Counted from the whole stretch's first letter, positions 1-11,146 are shown. The stretch: 59,568 bases of DNA, filler included, from 7 parts of 7 records of this genome joined end to end with filler, not necessarily neighbours in it; one strand, 5' to 3'. Numbers and translations are program-made. The notes: generated by a model not told the origin, from the sequence alone.

Positions 1-1
1 T

Positions 2-1816
2 GGTGTTTTTGATGCCTACACAGATGAAATTAGAAAATTTCGTTCATTAGGTTTTTTAACAGGTTTGCCAGATAACTATGCCCGAGGTAGAATTATTGGT
101 GATTACCGAAGAATTGCTTTGTACGGTATTAATCGCCTGATCGAAGGCAAAAAAGAAGACTTAAGAAATATAACCGGTCCTATGAGTGATGATACCATTC
201 GTTTACGCGAGGAAGTATCAGAGCAAATTAAAGCGCTTTACCAGATGATTGAAATGGGTAAGCGTTACGATTTGGATTTATCCCGTCCGGCAGAAAATGG
301 TAGAGAGGCTGTACAATGGACCTATATGGCTTATCTGGCTGCGGTAAAAGAGCAAGATGGAGCAGCAATGTCCTTGGGTAGTGTATCTTCATTTTTAGAT
401 ATTTACATCGAAAGAGATGTGCAGGCTGGTATTATTACTGAGGCACAAGCACAAGAATATATCGATCATTTTGTAATGAAGCTTCGTATGGTGCGTCATT
501 TGCGAATGGAGGCTTATGAGCAAATCTTCGCAGGTGATCCAACATGGGTAACTGAATCAATTGGTGGTATGTTGGTGGATGGAAGAAGTAAGGTAACAAA
601 AACTTCATTCCGCTTTTTAAATACGCTATATAATCTTGGACCATCTCCGGAACCAAACATTACTATTCTTTGGTCGAATAATTTACCTAAAGGATTTAAA
701 GAGTTTTGCGCAAAAGTGTCTATCGATACTTCATCTATCCAATATGAGAATGACGACTTGATGCGTTGTCATCGTGATAGTGACGACTATGGTATTGCTT
801 GTTGCGTATCTTTCCAGGAATTAGGAAAGCATATTCAGTTTTTTGGTGCCAGAACCAACTTGGCTAAAACATTATTGTTAGCCATTAATGCCGGCAAATG
901 TGAAAATACAGGAACCGTAATGGTGGAAGGAATTCCTTCTATGGCCAATGATACTTATCTGGACTACGACAAAGTAATGGAGAATTTTAAGATCGCCATG
1001 AAAGAAGTAGCCCGTGTATACAACGAATCGATGAATATCATTCATTATATGCATGACAAGTATTACTATGAGAAAGCGCAAATGTCATTAATCGATACCA
1101 ATCCGAAAATTAATTTGGCTTATGGTATTGCGGGACTTTCAATTGTTGCCGATTCTCTTTCTGCCATTAAGCATGCCAAAGTAAAACCTCTTCGTAACGA
1201 AGATGGATTGACGGTTGATTTCCAGATTGAGGGAGATTTTCCAAAGTACGGTAATGATGATGATCGCGTAGATTTAATTGCCCGCAACCTGGTAAATCAC
1301 TTTAGTGAAGAATTAAAAGAGCTCCCGGTATATAAAAATGCTAATCCAACACTTTCTGTTTTAACAATTACCTCGAATGTGGTATATGGTAAAAAAACAG
1401 GTGCAACACCGGATGGTAGAGCTAAGGGAGTTCCTTTTGCTCCGGGTGCAAACCCAATGCACGGACGCGATACACACGGTGCTATTGCATCATTGAACTC
1501 TGTGGCAAAAATTAACTACGAAGATTCTCAGGATGGTATTTCAAATACTTTTTCTATTGTTCCTAAATCTTTAGGCTCAAATGAAGGAGAAAGAATTACA
1601 AACCTGGTAGCTGCTTTAGATGGTTATTTTATTAAAAATGCACAGCATCTAAATGTAAATGTTTTGAATCGTGAGGTGTTGGAAGACGCAATGGAAAATC
1701 CTGAGAATTATCCTCAGTTAACTATTCGTGTATCAGGTTATGCGGTTAATTTTATCCGTTTATCGCGCGAACAGCAGCAAGAGGTACTATCTCGTTCTTT
1801 CCACGATTCTATGTAA
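2..1816 (+). CDS. pflB: Pyruvate formate-lyase (formate C-acetyltransferase), 5'-truncated at window edge
   Basis: Frame is open from base 2 ([12 protein letters not shown]...[18 protein letters not shown]). Active-site YGIACCVS and glycyl-radical motif TIRVSGYAV are present. Confidence 0.97.
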   Translation, partial: GVFDAYTDEIRKFRSLGFLTGLPDNYARGRIIGDYRRIALYGINRLIEGKKEDLRNITGPMSDDTIRLREEVSEQIKALYQMIEMGKRYDLDLSRPAENGREAVQWTYMAYLAAVKEQDGAAMSLGSVSSFLDIYIERDVQAGIITEAQAQEYIDHFVMKLRMVRHLRMEAYEQIFAGDPTWVTESIGGMLVDGRSKVTKTSFRFLNTLYNLGPSPEPNITILWSNNLPKGFKEFCAKVSIDTSSIQYENDDLMRCHRDSDDYGIACCVSFQELGKHIQFFGARTNLAKTLLLAINAGKCENTGTVMVEGIPSMANDTYLDYDKVMENFKIAMKEVARVYNESMNIIHYMHDKYYYEKAQMSLIDTNPKINLAYGIAGLSIVADSLSAIKHAKVKPLRNEDGLTVDFQIEGDFPKYGNDDDRVDLIARNLVNHFSEELKELPVYKNANPTLSVLTITSNVVYGKKTGATPDGRAKGVPFAPGANPMHGRDTHGAIASLNSVAKINYEDSQDGISNTFSIVPKSLGSNEGERITNLVAALDGYFIKNAQHLNVNVLNREVLEDAMENPENYPQLTIRVSGYAVNFIRLSREQQQEVLSRSFHDSM

Positions 1817-1850
1817 TTAATTGGGAGGTATAATCATATTCTATATATTC

Positions 1851-1883
1851 AGACCTGTTTGTCAATCATTGGCATACAGGTCT
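1851..1883 (+). other. Intergenic stem-loop between pflB and pflA
   Basis: AGACCTGT...ACAGGTCT inverted repeat; possible mRNA stabiliser or partial terminator. Confidence 0.5.
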
Positions 1884-1913
1884 TTGCTATTTATTAGAAT
1901 GAGAATATAAAAC

Positions 1914-2654
1914 ATGGAATTAAAACTAAAGGTACACTCAATTGAATCTTTCGGAACACATGATGGGCCGGGCATCAGAATGGTTATTTTTCTTCAGGGA
2001 TGTAACTTAAAATGCCAGTATTGTCATAATCCGGATACCATTCCTATGCAAGGTGGGCAGGAGTATGAGTTGGAAGAATTGGTGCGTAGGGCATTAAATA
2101 TGAAGCCCTATTTTGGAGAAAGTGGAGGCGTTACCGTTTCCGGGGGAGAACCTTTATTGCAGAGTAAGGCATTAATTTCATTTTTTAAATTGTTAAAGGA
2201 GAACGGAATTCATACCAATATAGATACCAATGGCTCTGTGTTAAATGCTGATGCAAGGACCTTATTGGATGATTATGCCGACTTAATTATGGTTGATATC
2301 AAACATACGCATGCCGAGGGTTATCTGCAACTGACCGGAGTGAATGGTTTTGGTTCTTCCTTGAGGTTAATTCAACATCGCGAAGCTACAGGAAAAGCTG
2401 CCTGGTTAAGATACGTTTTAATACCCGGATATACTGATGATCCCGAAGAATTAAATAAGATGGGAAAACGATATCAGGATTTTACTTGTATCGAAAAGAT
2501 TGAAATTCAACCTTATCATAAGTTAGGAATTCACAAATGGGAATCATTGGGTGAAGAATACCTGTTAAAAGATGCGGTTGAAAACACTGCAAAACAAATT
2601 GAAAATGCCAAGCGAATTTTAGAACAATATTTCAAAGAAGTAAAAGTAAACTAA
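1914..2654 (+). CDS. pflA: Pyruvate formate-lyase activating enzyme (radical SAM)
   Basis: HSIESFGTHDGPGIR, CxxxCxxC (CNLKCQYC-HNPDT), SGGEP; adjacent to pflB. Confidence 0.96.
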   Translation: MELKLKVHSIESFGTHDGPGIRMVIFLQGCNLKCQYCHNPDTIPMQGGQEYELEELVRRALNMKPYFGESGGVTVSGGEPLLQSKALISFFKLLKENGIHTNIDTNGSVLNADARTLLDDYADLIMVDIKHTHAEGYLQLTGVNGFGSSLRLIQHREATGKAAWLRYVLIPGYTDDPEELNKMGKRYQDFTCIEKIEIQPYHKLGIHKWESLGEEYLLKDAVENTAKQIENAKRILEQYFKEVKVN

Positions 2655-2738
2655 TTGTGCCTGGTAAACGATTAAAGAGTTTGAATGAAATTATTATTGG
2701 CGTATAGCTAATAACTAACAACAAAGAGTTAAGAAAAA

Positions 2739-3521
2739 ATGAGCTTATTTACACCACCAGAAATAATTAAAATTGCGGGAGAAGCTGCCATAACCAAGGA
2801 TAAATACTCAGCTAAAAAGATTTTAACCTTAAGTTTTATGGCCGGAGCTTACATTTCATTTGGTGCTTTACTTTCCATTTTAGTTGGAGGAGGAATTCCT
2901 GGAATTGCAGCTGAAAATCCAGGACTGGCTAAACTGCTGTTCGGAGCAGCATTTCCTGTTGGTCTGATGATGGTTGTGATGGCAGGAGCCGAATTATTTA
3001 CCGGTAACAACGCCTATTTTGTACCTAATGTATTAAGCGGACGTCAAAGCTGGAGAGCACCTTTGCGAAACTGGGGATTGGTTTATGTTGGAAACTTTGT
3101 CGGTTCTATTGTGGTGGCTTACTTTTTAACTCATTTAACCGATATTGTTTCTTCTGAGCCATGGCATGATTTAGTGATAAAAATTGCAGAAGGCAAAACT
3201 TCTAATCCATTTTATAAAACCTTTTTAAAAGGAATTGGAGCAAACTGGTTAGTTTGTTTGGCTTTATGGATGGGAATGTCTGCCCAGCATACCAGTGGTA
3301 AAATATTAGGTATCTGGTGGCCCGTAATGGCTTTTGTTACTATGGGTTTTGAGCACTCCATAGCCAATATGTATTTTATTCCGTTAGCCATTTTCGAAGG
3401 TGCTCAAATTACATGGTCGAGCTTTATAGTGGATAATCTTATTCCGGCCACTCTTGGGAATATTGTTGGAGGAGCCTTTTTTGTTGGTGCCTTATATTGG
3501 TATGCTTACGAAAAGAAATAG
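2739..3521 (+). CDS. focA: Formate/nitrite transporter (FNT family)
   Basis: GAELFTGN and GFEHSIANM signatures, hydrophobic, downstream of pflBA. Confidence 0.9.
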   Translation: MSLFTPPEIIKIAGEAAITKDKYSAKKILTLSFMAGAYISFGALLSILVGGGIPGIAAENPGLAKLLFGAAFPVGLMMVVMAGAELFTGNNAYFVPNVLSGRQSWRAPLRNWGLVYVGNFVGSIVVAYFLTHLTDIVSSEPWHDLVIKIAEGKTSNPFYKTFLKGIGANWLVCLALWMGMSAQHTSGKILGIWWPVMAFVTMGFEHSIANMYFIPLAIFEGAQITWSSFIVDNLIPATLGNIVGGAFFVGALYWYAYEKK

Positions 3522-3562
3522 CATCGCACAGAACTTTAACTTTTATACAGCCTACTAACTGA

Positions 3563-3610
3563 ATTGCATATTTATTCATTTGTATGAATTTTTATTTAAT
3601 ATTTATTCAT
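3563..3610. promoter_or_regulatory. Tandem ArgR (ARG box) operators upstream of carA
   Basis: TGCATATTTATTCA (3565-3578) and TGAATTTTTATTTA (3585-3598), 20 bp apart, match TGMAT-W4-ATKCA; a third partial box follows. Confidence 0.7.
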
Positions 3611-3650
3611 TTCTAGTAGAAATTTATTCGTTAGGATTGCAAATATTTAC

Positions 3651-3658
3651 TAACTTTG
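3651..3658 (+). promoter_or_regulatory. Bacteroidota housekeeping -7 promoter element of carA
   Basis: TAACTTTG matches TAnnTTTG, 60 bp upstream of the start. Confidence 0.65.
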
Positions 3659-3717
3659 CGCCCGAAATAATAGGCAAGCTATGTTTTCTTGCAAACACAT
3701 ATCTGCCATAATAAATA

Positions 3718-4824
3718 ATGGATTATCTTGATATTATGCCTGAAATAAAAGGAATTAAGTTGGTGCTCGAAGATGGAACCATCTTTGAAGGAAAGTCGTT
3801 TGGATATCATAAGTCTGTTGCAGGAGAGGTTGTTTTCAACACAGCCATGACAGGTTATCCGGAAAGTTTAACAGATCCTTCTTATAAAGGACAAATTTTG
3901 GTTTCAACCTATCCACTTATTGGTAATTATGGTGTGCCCAAAGATGACAAAGATGAAAATGATGTTCCGTTATTTTATGAATCGGATCAAATTCATATTT
4001 CAGGTTTAATTATTTCTGATTACTCATTCGAATATAGCCACTGGAACGCAAAGAACTCTTTACGCGAATGGTTAATTCAAAACGAAGTACCGGGAATTTT
4101 TGACATTGACACTCGTGCTTTAACAAAAATTTTACGCGAAAAAGGTTCCATGTTAGGAAAGATCATTATTGATGAAGATCAAGACATAGAACAATACGAT
4201 CCTAACCACGACAATCTTGTTGCTCAAGTAAGTACCAAAGAGCGCAAAGTGTTTGGAAACGGAAAACACAAAGTAGTTTTAGTGGATACAGGAGCTAAAT
4301 ATAACATCCTTCGATGTCTATTAAAAAGAGATACAACAGTTATTCAGGTTCCTTACGATTACGATTTTACACAGGAAGATTACGATGGCATCATGTTATC
4401 CAATGGTCCGGGAAACCCGGAAATGTGTAACGCAACTGTTGAGAACATTAAAAAGGCCATCGGAATTGGAAAACCTATTTTTGGTATCTGTTTAGGAAAC
4501 CAATTATTAGGAATTGCTTCCGGTGGAAAAACATACAAACTTAAATACGGTCACAGAGCTCATAATCACCCTGCGATTAAGGTTGGTACAGATAGTTGTT
4601 ACATCACGTCTCAGAATCATGGTTATGCTTTAGATAATGATTCCTTAACAGATGACTGGGAACCATTATTTATCAATGTAAATGACAAGAGTAACGAAGG
4701 AATCAGACATAAGTCTAAACCTTTCTTCTCTACTCAGTTTCACCCGGAAGCATCCAGTGGTCCAACTGACACCGAGTTTTTATTTGATGATTTTATATCG
4801 CTTATCGAAGAAAGCAAAAAATAA
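3718..4824 (+). CDS. carA: Carbamoyl-phosphate synthase small (glutaminase) subunit
   Basis: GEVVFNTAMTGYPESLTDPSY, SNGPG, GICLG, SQNHG, QFHPE. Confidence 0.97.
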   Translation: MDYLDIMPEIKGIKLVLEDGTIFEGKSFGYHKSVAGEVVFNTAMTGYPESLTDPSYKGQILVSTYPLIGNYGVPKDDKDENDVPLFYESDQIHISGLIISDYSFEYSHWNAKNSLREWLIQNEVPGIFDIDTRALTKILREKGSMLGKIIIDEDQDIEQYDPNHDNLVAQVSTKERKVFGNGKHKVVLVDTGAKYNILRCLLKRDTTVIQVPYDYDFTQEDYDGIMLSNGPGNPEMCNATVENIKKAIGIGKPIFGICLGNQLLGIASGGKTYKLKYGHRAHNHPAIKVGTDSCYITSQNHGYALDNDSLTDDWEPLFINVNDKSNEGIRHKSKPFFSTQFHPEASSGPTDTEFLFDDFISLIEESKK

Positions 4825-4829
4825 TACAC

Positions 4830-4862
4830 AAGCCCCGTTCATAATGTTCGGGGCTTTTTTTG
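4830..4862 (+). terminator. Rho-independent terminator after carA
   Basis: AAGCCCCG...CGGGGCTT followed by a T-run. Confidence 0.85.
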
Positions 4863-4895
4863 TAACTTTATAGTAAGTAATTAAATAATCCAGCC

Positions 4896-5309
4896 ATGAG
4901 ACTTACTATATTTATACTCTTCGCGATTCTGGTCTTTGCATCATGTTCAACATCTAAAAAAACATCGCAATCCGAAGCCGTCACCATTCAATCTGCAGAA
5001 GAACAAGATTCAACTGAATATGAACTCATCATTATGGATGTGAAATACGATTCCTTTTTAGCTACTCAACCATCAAAGGAATTTTATTCTAACCAATACT
5101 ACAGATCATGGAATTTACAATATGTAACAGAGTGGAATATCAGATATAATAACCAGTTACAATATGGCGACTTTTACCAAACACCCATAGATTATGACGC
5201 ACATATAGATTATGGCATAGACCTCAACTACAAGCTATACAACTATTTTTTATTTATTGAAAAAGAGTACGGAATAAAACTCGTACACAGAGGCAAAACA
5301 GCACGTTAA
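4896..5309 (+). CDS. Lipoprotein, DUF6146-like
   Basis: Lipobox FASC; EYELII and IDYGIDLNYKLYNYF motifs typical of this Bacteroidota family. Confidence 0.7.
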   Translation: MRLTIFILFAILVFASCSTSKKTSQSEAVTIQSAEEQDSTEYELIIMDVKYDSFLATQPSKEFYSNQYYRSWNLQYVTEWNIRYNNQLQYGDFYQTPIDYDAHIDYGIDLNYKLYNYFLFIEKEYGIKLVHRGKTAR

Positions 5310-5426
5310 GACTTCACTCCTTTTTATGAAGAGGCTTTTTAAAACCTTGGCTTTGTTATTTATTTTTAATTCGGTATTAAATAATTAAATCTTATTTTTG
5401 AGAAAATTTAATACCGTATACCCATT

Positions 5427-5917
5427 ATGAACTTACTCGAAGCTTCCGGGGTGGTAAAAAAATATGCCAACCATCTGGCTTTAGACCATCTAAATTTAGA
5501 AATTCCTGAAAACCAAATCTTTGGTTTACTTGGTCCTAACGGTGCTGGAAAAACAACATTTATCCGCATCATCAACCACATCACCATGCCCGATCAGGGA
5601 AAAATACTTTTTCATGGTAAACCTCTTACCTCCGATCATATCACTAATATTGGTTATTTACCAGAAGAAAGAGGTTTATATAAAAAAATGAAAGTCGGCG
5701 AACAAGCTTTATATCTGGCACAACTAAAAGGACTGTCAAAGAGCGACGCCTACAAAAAACTTAAATACTGGTTTGATAAATTTGAAATTGGTGCCTGGTG
5801 GGATAAGAAAGTTGAGGAATTATCTAAAGGTATGCAGCAAAAAGTTCAGTTTATAGTTACGGTGCTGCACGAACCAAAACTATTGATTTTTGATGAACCT
5901 TTTAGTGGTTTCGATCC
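5427..5917 (+). CDS. ABC transporter ATP-binding protein (ABC-2 type), 3'-truncated
   Basis: Walker A GPNGAGKT, signature LSKGMQQ, Walker B LLIFDEP. Confidence 0.93.
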
Positions 5918-6017
5918 NNNNNNNNNNNNNNNNNNNNNNNNNNNNNNNNNNNNNNNNNNNNTTAATTAATTAANNNNNNNNNNNNNNNNNNNNNNNNNNN
6001 NNNNNNNNNNNNNNNNN
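5918..6017. other. Artificial contig linker
   Basis: 44 N + TTAATTAATTAA + 44 N. Confidence 0.98.
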
Positions 6018-6018
6018 A

Positions 6019-6540
6019 GTTGTTATTACAGTTGAAGATAATGTTGCTCCAGAATTAGATGTGCAGGATTTTACAATTCAGCTTGATGAAACTGGAATGG
6101 CTACTTTATTCCCTTCGGATGTAGTAGTTAATGCTACTGATAACTGCTCAATTGTTGATACTCTTTTAAGTCAGACGGAGTTTACTGCAAACGACATTGG
6201 AGTTCAGTCTATTGATGTAACCGTTACTGATGCTTCAGACAATCAGGCAATAGAGCAAGTGAATATTACGGTATTAGAATATGTAGGAATACAAAATGGG
6301 TATTTGAACCAAACTGTAAAAATATATCCTAATCCAGCGACCGATCATATTCAGATTTCTTGTGAGGATTTTATTGCGAAGAACATAACGATTGTTGATT
6401 ATTCAGGACGAGTAATTTTGATCCAGAATGTGAATCAAAACATTGTTGAATTAAACATAACTAACTTAAGTCCAGGATTATATTTCGTGAAAATTAAGTC
6501 TGATGATAAATATAAAACGCTTAAGTTGATAAAAAGATAG
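6019..6540 (+). CDS. C-terminus of a T9SS type-A sorting-domain protein with HYR/Ig-like repeat, 5'-truncated
   Basis: IYPNPA...LSPGLYFVKI...KLIK C-terminal domain; ATDNC / VTVTDASDN repeat motif. Confidence 0.88.
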   Translation, partial: VVITVEDNVAPELDVQDFTIQLDETGMATLFPSDVVVNATDNCSIVDTLLSQTEFTANDIGVQSIDVTVTDASDNQAIEQVNITVLEYVGIQNGYLNQTVKIYPNPATDHIQISCEDFIAKNITIVDYSGRVILIQNVNQNIVELNITNLSPGLYFVKIKSDDKYKTLKLIKR

Positions 6541-6562
6541 CTTTCATTTAATAAATTGATTT

Positions 6563-6602
6563 CACCCAATGGTCGCTAGTAATGACTGTTGGGTGTTTTT
6601 TT
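6563..6602 (+). terminator. Rho-independent terminator
   Basis: CACCCAATGGTC...GACTGTTGGGTG plus T-run. Confidence 0.75.
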
Positions 6603-6682
6603 GTTTAGTTCTAATTCCTTCATTCTTTAAACATTTCCTTATATTTCAACTTTTACATTTAAATCTTTAATCGTTCTTTCAG

Positions 6683-8113
6683 ATGAAGAAAATATTTAAG
6701 TTTTTCATTTTGCCTTTATTCATATTGATAGTTGGATTTGTACTTTTTCTGTCCATCAAATATTCTCCAACTTATGTATATAGATTGCTGAAATACAATA
6801 CCGCAGATGTGTTTGATTATCAGTATTTTCATAATCGGATTATAAAAGCATCAGACTCTGTTTTTCAATTTGAAAGAGTCATTGATGAACCTTTTGTTGA
6901 GTCACTTTTCAATGAGGAGTTGATGATAACTGGTTATGAATCGTTTGATGATTGGGCTAAAGCGTCGCAGACCACTGCCATGATCTTTATTCATCGTGAC
7001 ACTATTTTGTATGAAAAGTATTTTAATGGTTTTGATCGTGATTCATTATTTCTTTCACAATCTGTAGCTAAATCGTTTATATCAACGCTCATAGGTTTTG
7101 CTATTGATGAAGGACTGATTAATAGTGTGTATGATCCAATGACGGATTATATTCCTGAGCTTAAAGCGCGTGATAGCAGGTTTGAGAATATTACAATTCA
7201 TGATCTTTTAATGATGCAAAGTGGATTGAAATACAATGAAAGCAAAATTCCATGGACAAATATTCATTCACCTTTTCACGATGAAGCAGTTGGATATTAT
7301 CACGAAGATGTGCGAAAACTTATTTTGGAGGATGTTCAGTATGGAATTGAACCAGGACAGGAATTTCAATACAATAATTATAATACAAGTTACCTGGGAC
7401 TAATCATTGAACGGGTAACCGGCAAAACGGTGTCCAAATATCTGGAAGAAAAGCTTTGGTCCAGAATTATGGAGTACGATGCATTATTTTCAGTGGATAG
7501 CGAATCCAATGGTTTTGAATATATGCCAAGCAGGCTGGCTGCACGCGCGATTGATTATGCCCGTTTTGGAAGGCTATTTCTACATGAAGGGAATTGGAAT
7601 GGAGAGCAGATCATCTCTAAGGACTGGTCGCGGGTAGCTATTTCTGAAGATCAAAATATAAACCGTGATATTTATCCCGATTATTGGAGAGATGGTTGCA
7701 GTCGACTGTATTACAAATACCAATGGTGGGGACATACCAATTGTGATTCAACTTTTCACTTTTTTGCCAATGGAAATTTGGGTCAGGCAATTTATGTAGT
7801 GCCTGAAGATGAATTAGTTATAGTACATTGTGGAAATGCTAATGGCCTTTTCAGCCCGGATGATCTATGGCATGCAGCACGCTGTTTTAAATATCGTGAT
7901 TTTCATCAATCGATTATTAATAATGGTGTCGAAGAGACTATTGAACTGTTCAAGTCTGACAATTCACAATCATTCGATGAACAGTTTATTGATGCTGTAG
8001 CCTTTGGATATAAATTTTCAGGTAAAAAAGAGGATGCCCGGTTACTTTTTGAATTCAATGCGAAAATGTTTCCTTATTCTGAGAAGGCAAAGCAAAGGTT
8101 GTCAGAAAATTAA
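6683..8113 (+). CDS. Serine hydrolase, beta-lactamase class C-like fold, membrane-anchored
   Basis: SxxK (SVAKS), YxN (FQYNN), N-terminal TM helix, TPR-like tail. Confidence 0.85.
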   Translation: MKKIFKFFILPLFILIVGFVLFLSIKYSPTYVYRLLKYNTADVFDYQYFHNRIIKASDSVFQFERVIDEPFVESLFNEELMITGYESFDDWAKASQTTAMIFIHRDTILYEKYFNGFDRDSLFLSQSVAKSFISTLIGFAIDEGLINSVYDPMTDYIPELKARDSRFENITIHDLLMMQSGLKYNESKIPWTNIHSPFHDEAVGYYHEDVRKLILEDVQYGIEPGQEFQYNNYNTSYLGLIIERVTGKTVSKYLEEKLWSRIMEYDALFSVDSESNGFEYMPSRLAARAIDYARFGRLFLHEGNWNGEQIISKDWSRVAISEDQNINRDIYPDYWRDGCSRLYYKYQWWGHTNCDSTFHFFANGNLGQAIYVVPEDELVIVHCGNANGLFSPDDLWHAARCFKYRDFHQSIINNGVEETIELFKSDNSQSFDEQFIDAVAFGYKFSGKKEDARLLFEFNAKMFPYSEKAKQRLSEN

Positions 8114-8167
8114 ACATTCATATCTACGAACTGTTTTTAAATTGAAATACTGCATATTTATTATCAC

Positions 8168-9952
8168 GTGATTACAAACTTTACCATAGCTGTTCTTCCT
8201 TTTATAAATATGAGCTCAGATGCTGAAAATGAGTTCTTTGCTGATGGTATTACTGAAGAAATAATCAATGCGCTAGCTAAAATTGATAATCTGAAAGTTA
8301 CCTCTCGTACTTCATCTTTCTTTTTCAAAAAGAAAGAGATTCCGGTGAAAGAGGTGGCAGAACAACTTGGTGTAGGTATTATACTTGAAGGTAGTGTGCG
8401 CGTAGCCGGAGATAAAGTGCGGATTACGGCTCAGCTTATACAGGCCATCGACGATTTTCACTTTTGGTCGGAAACATGGGATCGGAAATTGGAGAATATC
8501 TTCGAGATTCAGGATGAAATAAGTCTGCTGATAGCTGATAAACTGCGAGAGCATCTTGGACACTTTGAAATTGGCGATCATTTGGTTAATAAACAAACCG
8601 ATAAGATTGATGCGTATACATTATCACTAAAAGCTCGTTATCTATTTAATAAATGGAACCCAACAGATGTAAACAAAGCTATTGAATTGTTTGATCATGC
8701 TATTGCCATTGATCCAAATCATACTGAATCATATTTGGGATTGGCTGATGCTTATAGCTTTTTGGCGACCACTGAATTCATTCCGCGTGAAGAGGGTTGG
8801 ATGAAAAGCACTGAGTATTTGAATAAGGCCAATGAGCTTAATCCGGAGCACCCGGGTGTACATTATCAGCTGGCTAATATGGCATTTTTTGTGAATTGTG
8901 ATTTCAAAGAAGCATATGTCCATGCTCAAAAGGCTGTTGATTTAATGGCGAGCTACCCGGACGCACAGCGTTTTATGACTTTCCTGTATTTGATATCCGA
9001 TCGTATGGAGAAAGCATCAGAACATTTAAAATTCGCACTGGCTATTGATCCATTAAACCCTGAAACACTGTTTTATAAAGGTTATTTTTATTACCGAAAC
9101 GGGGATTATCAAAAGGCAGAACAAGTTTTTAATGACCTTCTGGTTCAAAATCCTAAAAATATTCCTGCGGCCATTGTGCTGGCTTATTCTTTATTAAAGC
9201 AACAAAAGAACGATGAGGTAATTTCGCAAATGGAAAGTATTCCTGAGGAATTATTGATTCCTGATGAGCAACTGGGTATTTTATGTTTAGCTTATATTCA
9301 AAAAAAGGAAGAAAAGATAGTCAATGAATTGATAAGTAAGCTGGAAGAAACAGCTGAAAACTCTTCCGCTTTTCAGGCCCATTCTTATTTGTTTCTAGCT
9401 TATGCCAATTTAAATAGATATAATGATGCAATGGATTGGTTAGCAACAGCCTATAAAATGAAATCTTCTGTTTTGCTGTTGAGTTCTTCTGATCCTTTGG
9501 TAGGTGATTTAAAACTTGATGAAAAATACCGAACCTATCAGGAGAATGTCTATGTTTTTCCGGAGCCAACTGTTTCTAAAAAGAAATCACAGTTATTGGA
9601 TGATGGCACTGCATCCCAGTATTATGACAAGCTTCAGACCTATTTCAGTGAGGAAGAGCCCTATTTGAATCCCAAACTCACACTTAGAGACCTTGCCGAG
9701 CAGGTTGAAATTCATCCTAATCAATTGTCGTGGTTGCTCAATGAGAAATTTGGTAAGAAATTCAACGAATTTGTAAATTTTTACCGATTGGCCCATTTTA
9801 AAAAGCTGGTTCAAGATCCTAATAATGAGAATATTTCCATTATAGGCCTGGCTTATGAAAGTGGTTTCAACTCCAAAACTGTTTTCAATACCTTTTTTAA
9901 GAAGGAAGTTGGAATGACACCTAATGAATATCTGAAAAACCTAAAAAAGTGA
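8168..9952 (+). CDS. TolB-like/TPR sensor fused to AraC-family HTH regulator
   Basis: IAVLPFINMS...FADGITEEII N-terminal domain, TPRs, C-terminal LAYESGFNSKTVFN. Confidence 0.9.
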   Translation: MITNFTIAVLPFINMSSDAENEFFADGITEEIINALAKIDNLKVTSRTSSFFFKKKEIPVKEVAEQLGVGIILEGSVRVAGDKVRITAQLIQAIDDFHFWSETWDRKLENIFEIQDEISLLIADKLREHLGHFEIGDHLVNKQTDKIDAYTLSLKARYLFNKWNPTDVNKAIELFDHAIAIDPNHTESYLGLADAYSFLATTEFIPREEGWMKSTEYLNKANELNPEHPGVHYQLANMAFFVNCDFKEAYVHAQKAVDLMASYPDAQRFMTFLYLISDRMEKASEHLKFALAIDPLNPETLFYKGYFYYRNGDYQKAEQVFNDLLVQNPKNIPAAIVLAYSLLKQQKNDEVISQMESIPEELLIPDEQLGILCLAYIQKKEEKIVNELISKLEETAENSSAFQAHSYLFLAYANLNRYNDAMDWLATAYKMKSSVLLLSSSDPLVGDLKLDEKYRTYQENVYVFPEPTVSKKKSQLLDDGTASQYYDKLQTYFSEEEPYLNPKLTLRDLAEQVEIHPNQLSWLLNEKFGKKFNEFVNFYRLAHFKKLVQDPNNENISIIGLAYESGFNSKTVFNTFFKKEVGMTPNEYLKNLKK

Positions 9953-10005
9953 TTATAATCACTTAAAAGTATAACTTTTGGTGAATGTGTTCACGAAAAG
10001 TTATA
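9947..10005. promoter_or_regulatory. Two palindromes upstream of the AAA ATPase gene
   Basis: Perfect 18-bp AAGTGATTATAATCACTT (9947-9964) and TATAACTTTTgGTGAA-tgtg-TTCACgAAAAGTTATA (9970-10005). Confidence 0.6.
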
Positions 10006-10024
10006 TCTTTATAAAAAAGTAAAG

Positions 10025-11146
10025 ATGTATACAAGATATTTAAGGCAGATAATTGAAAAAAGAATTGATTCAGGCAAAGCAATAATTGTTATTGGACCAA
10101 GGCAAGTGGGAAAAACAACATTAATTGAATCTATACTTGAATCAAAAAACTATTTACTGCTTAATGGAGACGATCCTAAAACCAGAACAATATTGACCGA
10201 ACCCAATACAGAGCAAATTCGGACAATTTTAGGAAAATATAAATATGTATTCATTGATGAAGCTCAAAGGATTGATGGTATTGGAATTACTATGAAAATT
10301 ATAACTGACAGATTCAAAAATGTTCAATTATTTACAAGTGGTTCTTCATCTTTTGATTTAGCTAACAAAATAAATGAACCATTAACAGGTAGAAAATGGG
10401 AGTATCATTTGTATCCGATTTCATGGGAAGAGTTTGAAAATCATCATGGTTATTTGTATGCGGAACAGCAGTTGGAAAATCGTTTACTTTATGGATTTTA
10501 TCCTGATGTTTTAAATAATGTTGGAGATGAAATTAGTGTATTGCGGAATTTGGTAAACAGTTATTTGTACAAAGATATTCTATCTTATCTTGATATCAGG
10601 AAATCAGAAGTGCTTGAAAAATTAGTTCAGGCACTTGCTCTTCAGGTTGGTAATGAAGTGAATTATTCAGAATTAGCACAAACTGTGAATGTTGATAAAA
10701 ACACTGTTAGTAAGTATATTGATATTCTTCAAAAAGGATATATTGTTTTCAAGTTAAGTAGTTTTAGTAGAAATGTTCGGAATGAAATAAAAACAAATAA
10801 GAAAATTTATTTTTATGATAATGGTGTTCGGAACATGATTATCGGAAATTTTAATCCAATTGAACTTCGTACTGATAAAGGTGCTTTATGGGAAAACTTT
10901 TTAATTGCTGAAAGAATAAAGCAAATAGAGTATAAACAAGGCCTTGCAAGCACATATTTTTGGAGAACAAAACAGCAGCAGGAAGTTGATTTTGTGGAGG
11001 AGGAGAGTGGAAAAATTACAGGCTTCGAATTTAAATGGAATAGAAAAAAGAATACTAAATTACCCAAAACTTTTGTTGAAGCCTATGATGCAGAATCCAG
11101 GGTGATTGATAAAAACAATTTTAGAGAATTTGTAATCATGAAATAA
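10025..11146 (+). CDS. AAA_14 ATPase with DUF4143 C-terminal domain
   Basis: GPRQVGKTT, FIDEAQ, SGSSS, LTGR, KIYFYDNG, YFWRT...EVDF...FEFK. Confidence 0.9.
   Translation: MYTRYLRQIIEKRIDSGKAIIVIGPRQVGKTTLIESILESKNYLLLNGDDPKTRTILTEPNTEQIRTILGKYKYVFIDEAQRIDGIGITMKIITDRFKNVQLFTSGSSSFDLANKINEPLTGRKWEYHLYPISWEEFENHHGYLYAEQQLENRLLYGFYPDVLNNVGDEISVLRNLVNSYLYKDILSYLDIRKSEVLEKLVQALALQVGNEVNYSELAQTVNVDKNTVSKYIDILQKGYIVFKLSSFSRNVRNEIKTNKKIYFYDNGVRNMIIGNFNPIELRTDKGALWENFLIAERIKQIEYKQGLASTYFWRTKQQQEVDFVEEESGKITGFEFKWNRKKNTKLPKTFVEAYDAESRVIDKNNFREFVIMK

Noticed and set aside
5918-6017. Recurring TTAATTAATTAA palindrome flanked by Ns (six copies)
   Set aside because: Identical 100-bp spacer with stops in all frames; an assembly or concatenation artefact. 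ORFs running into it are partial.
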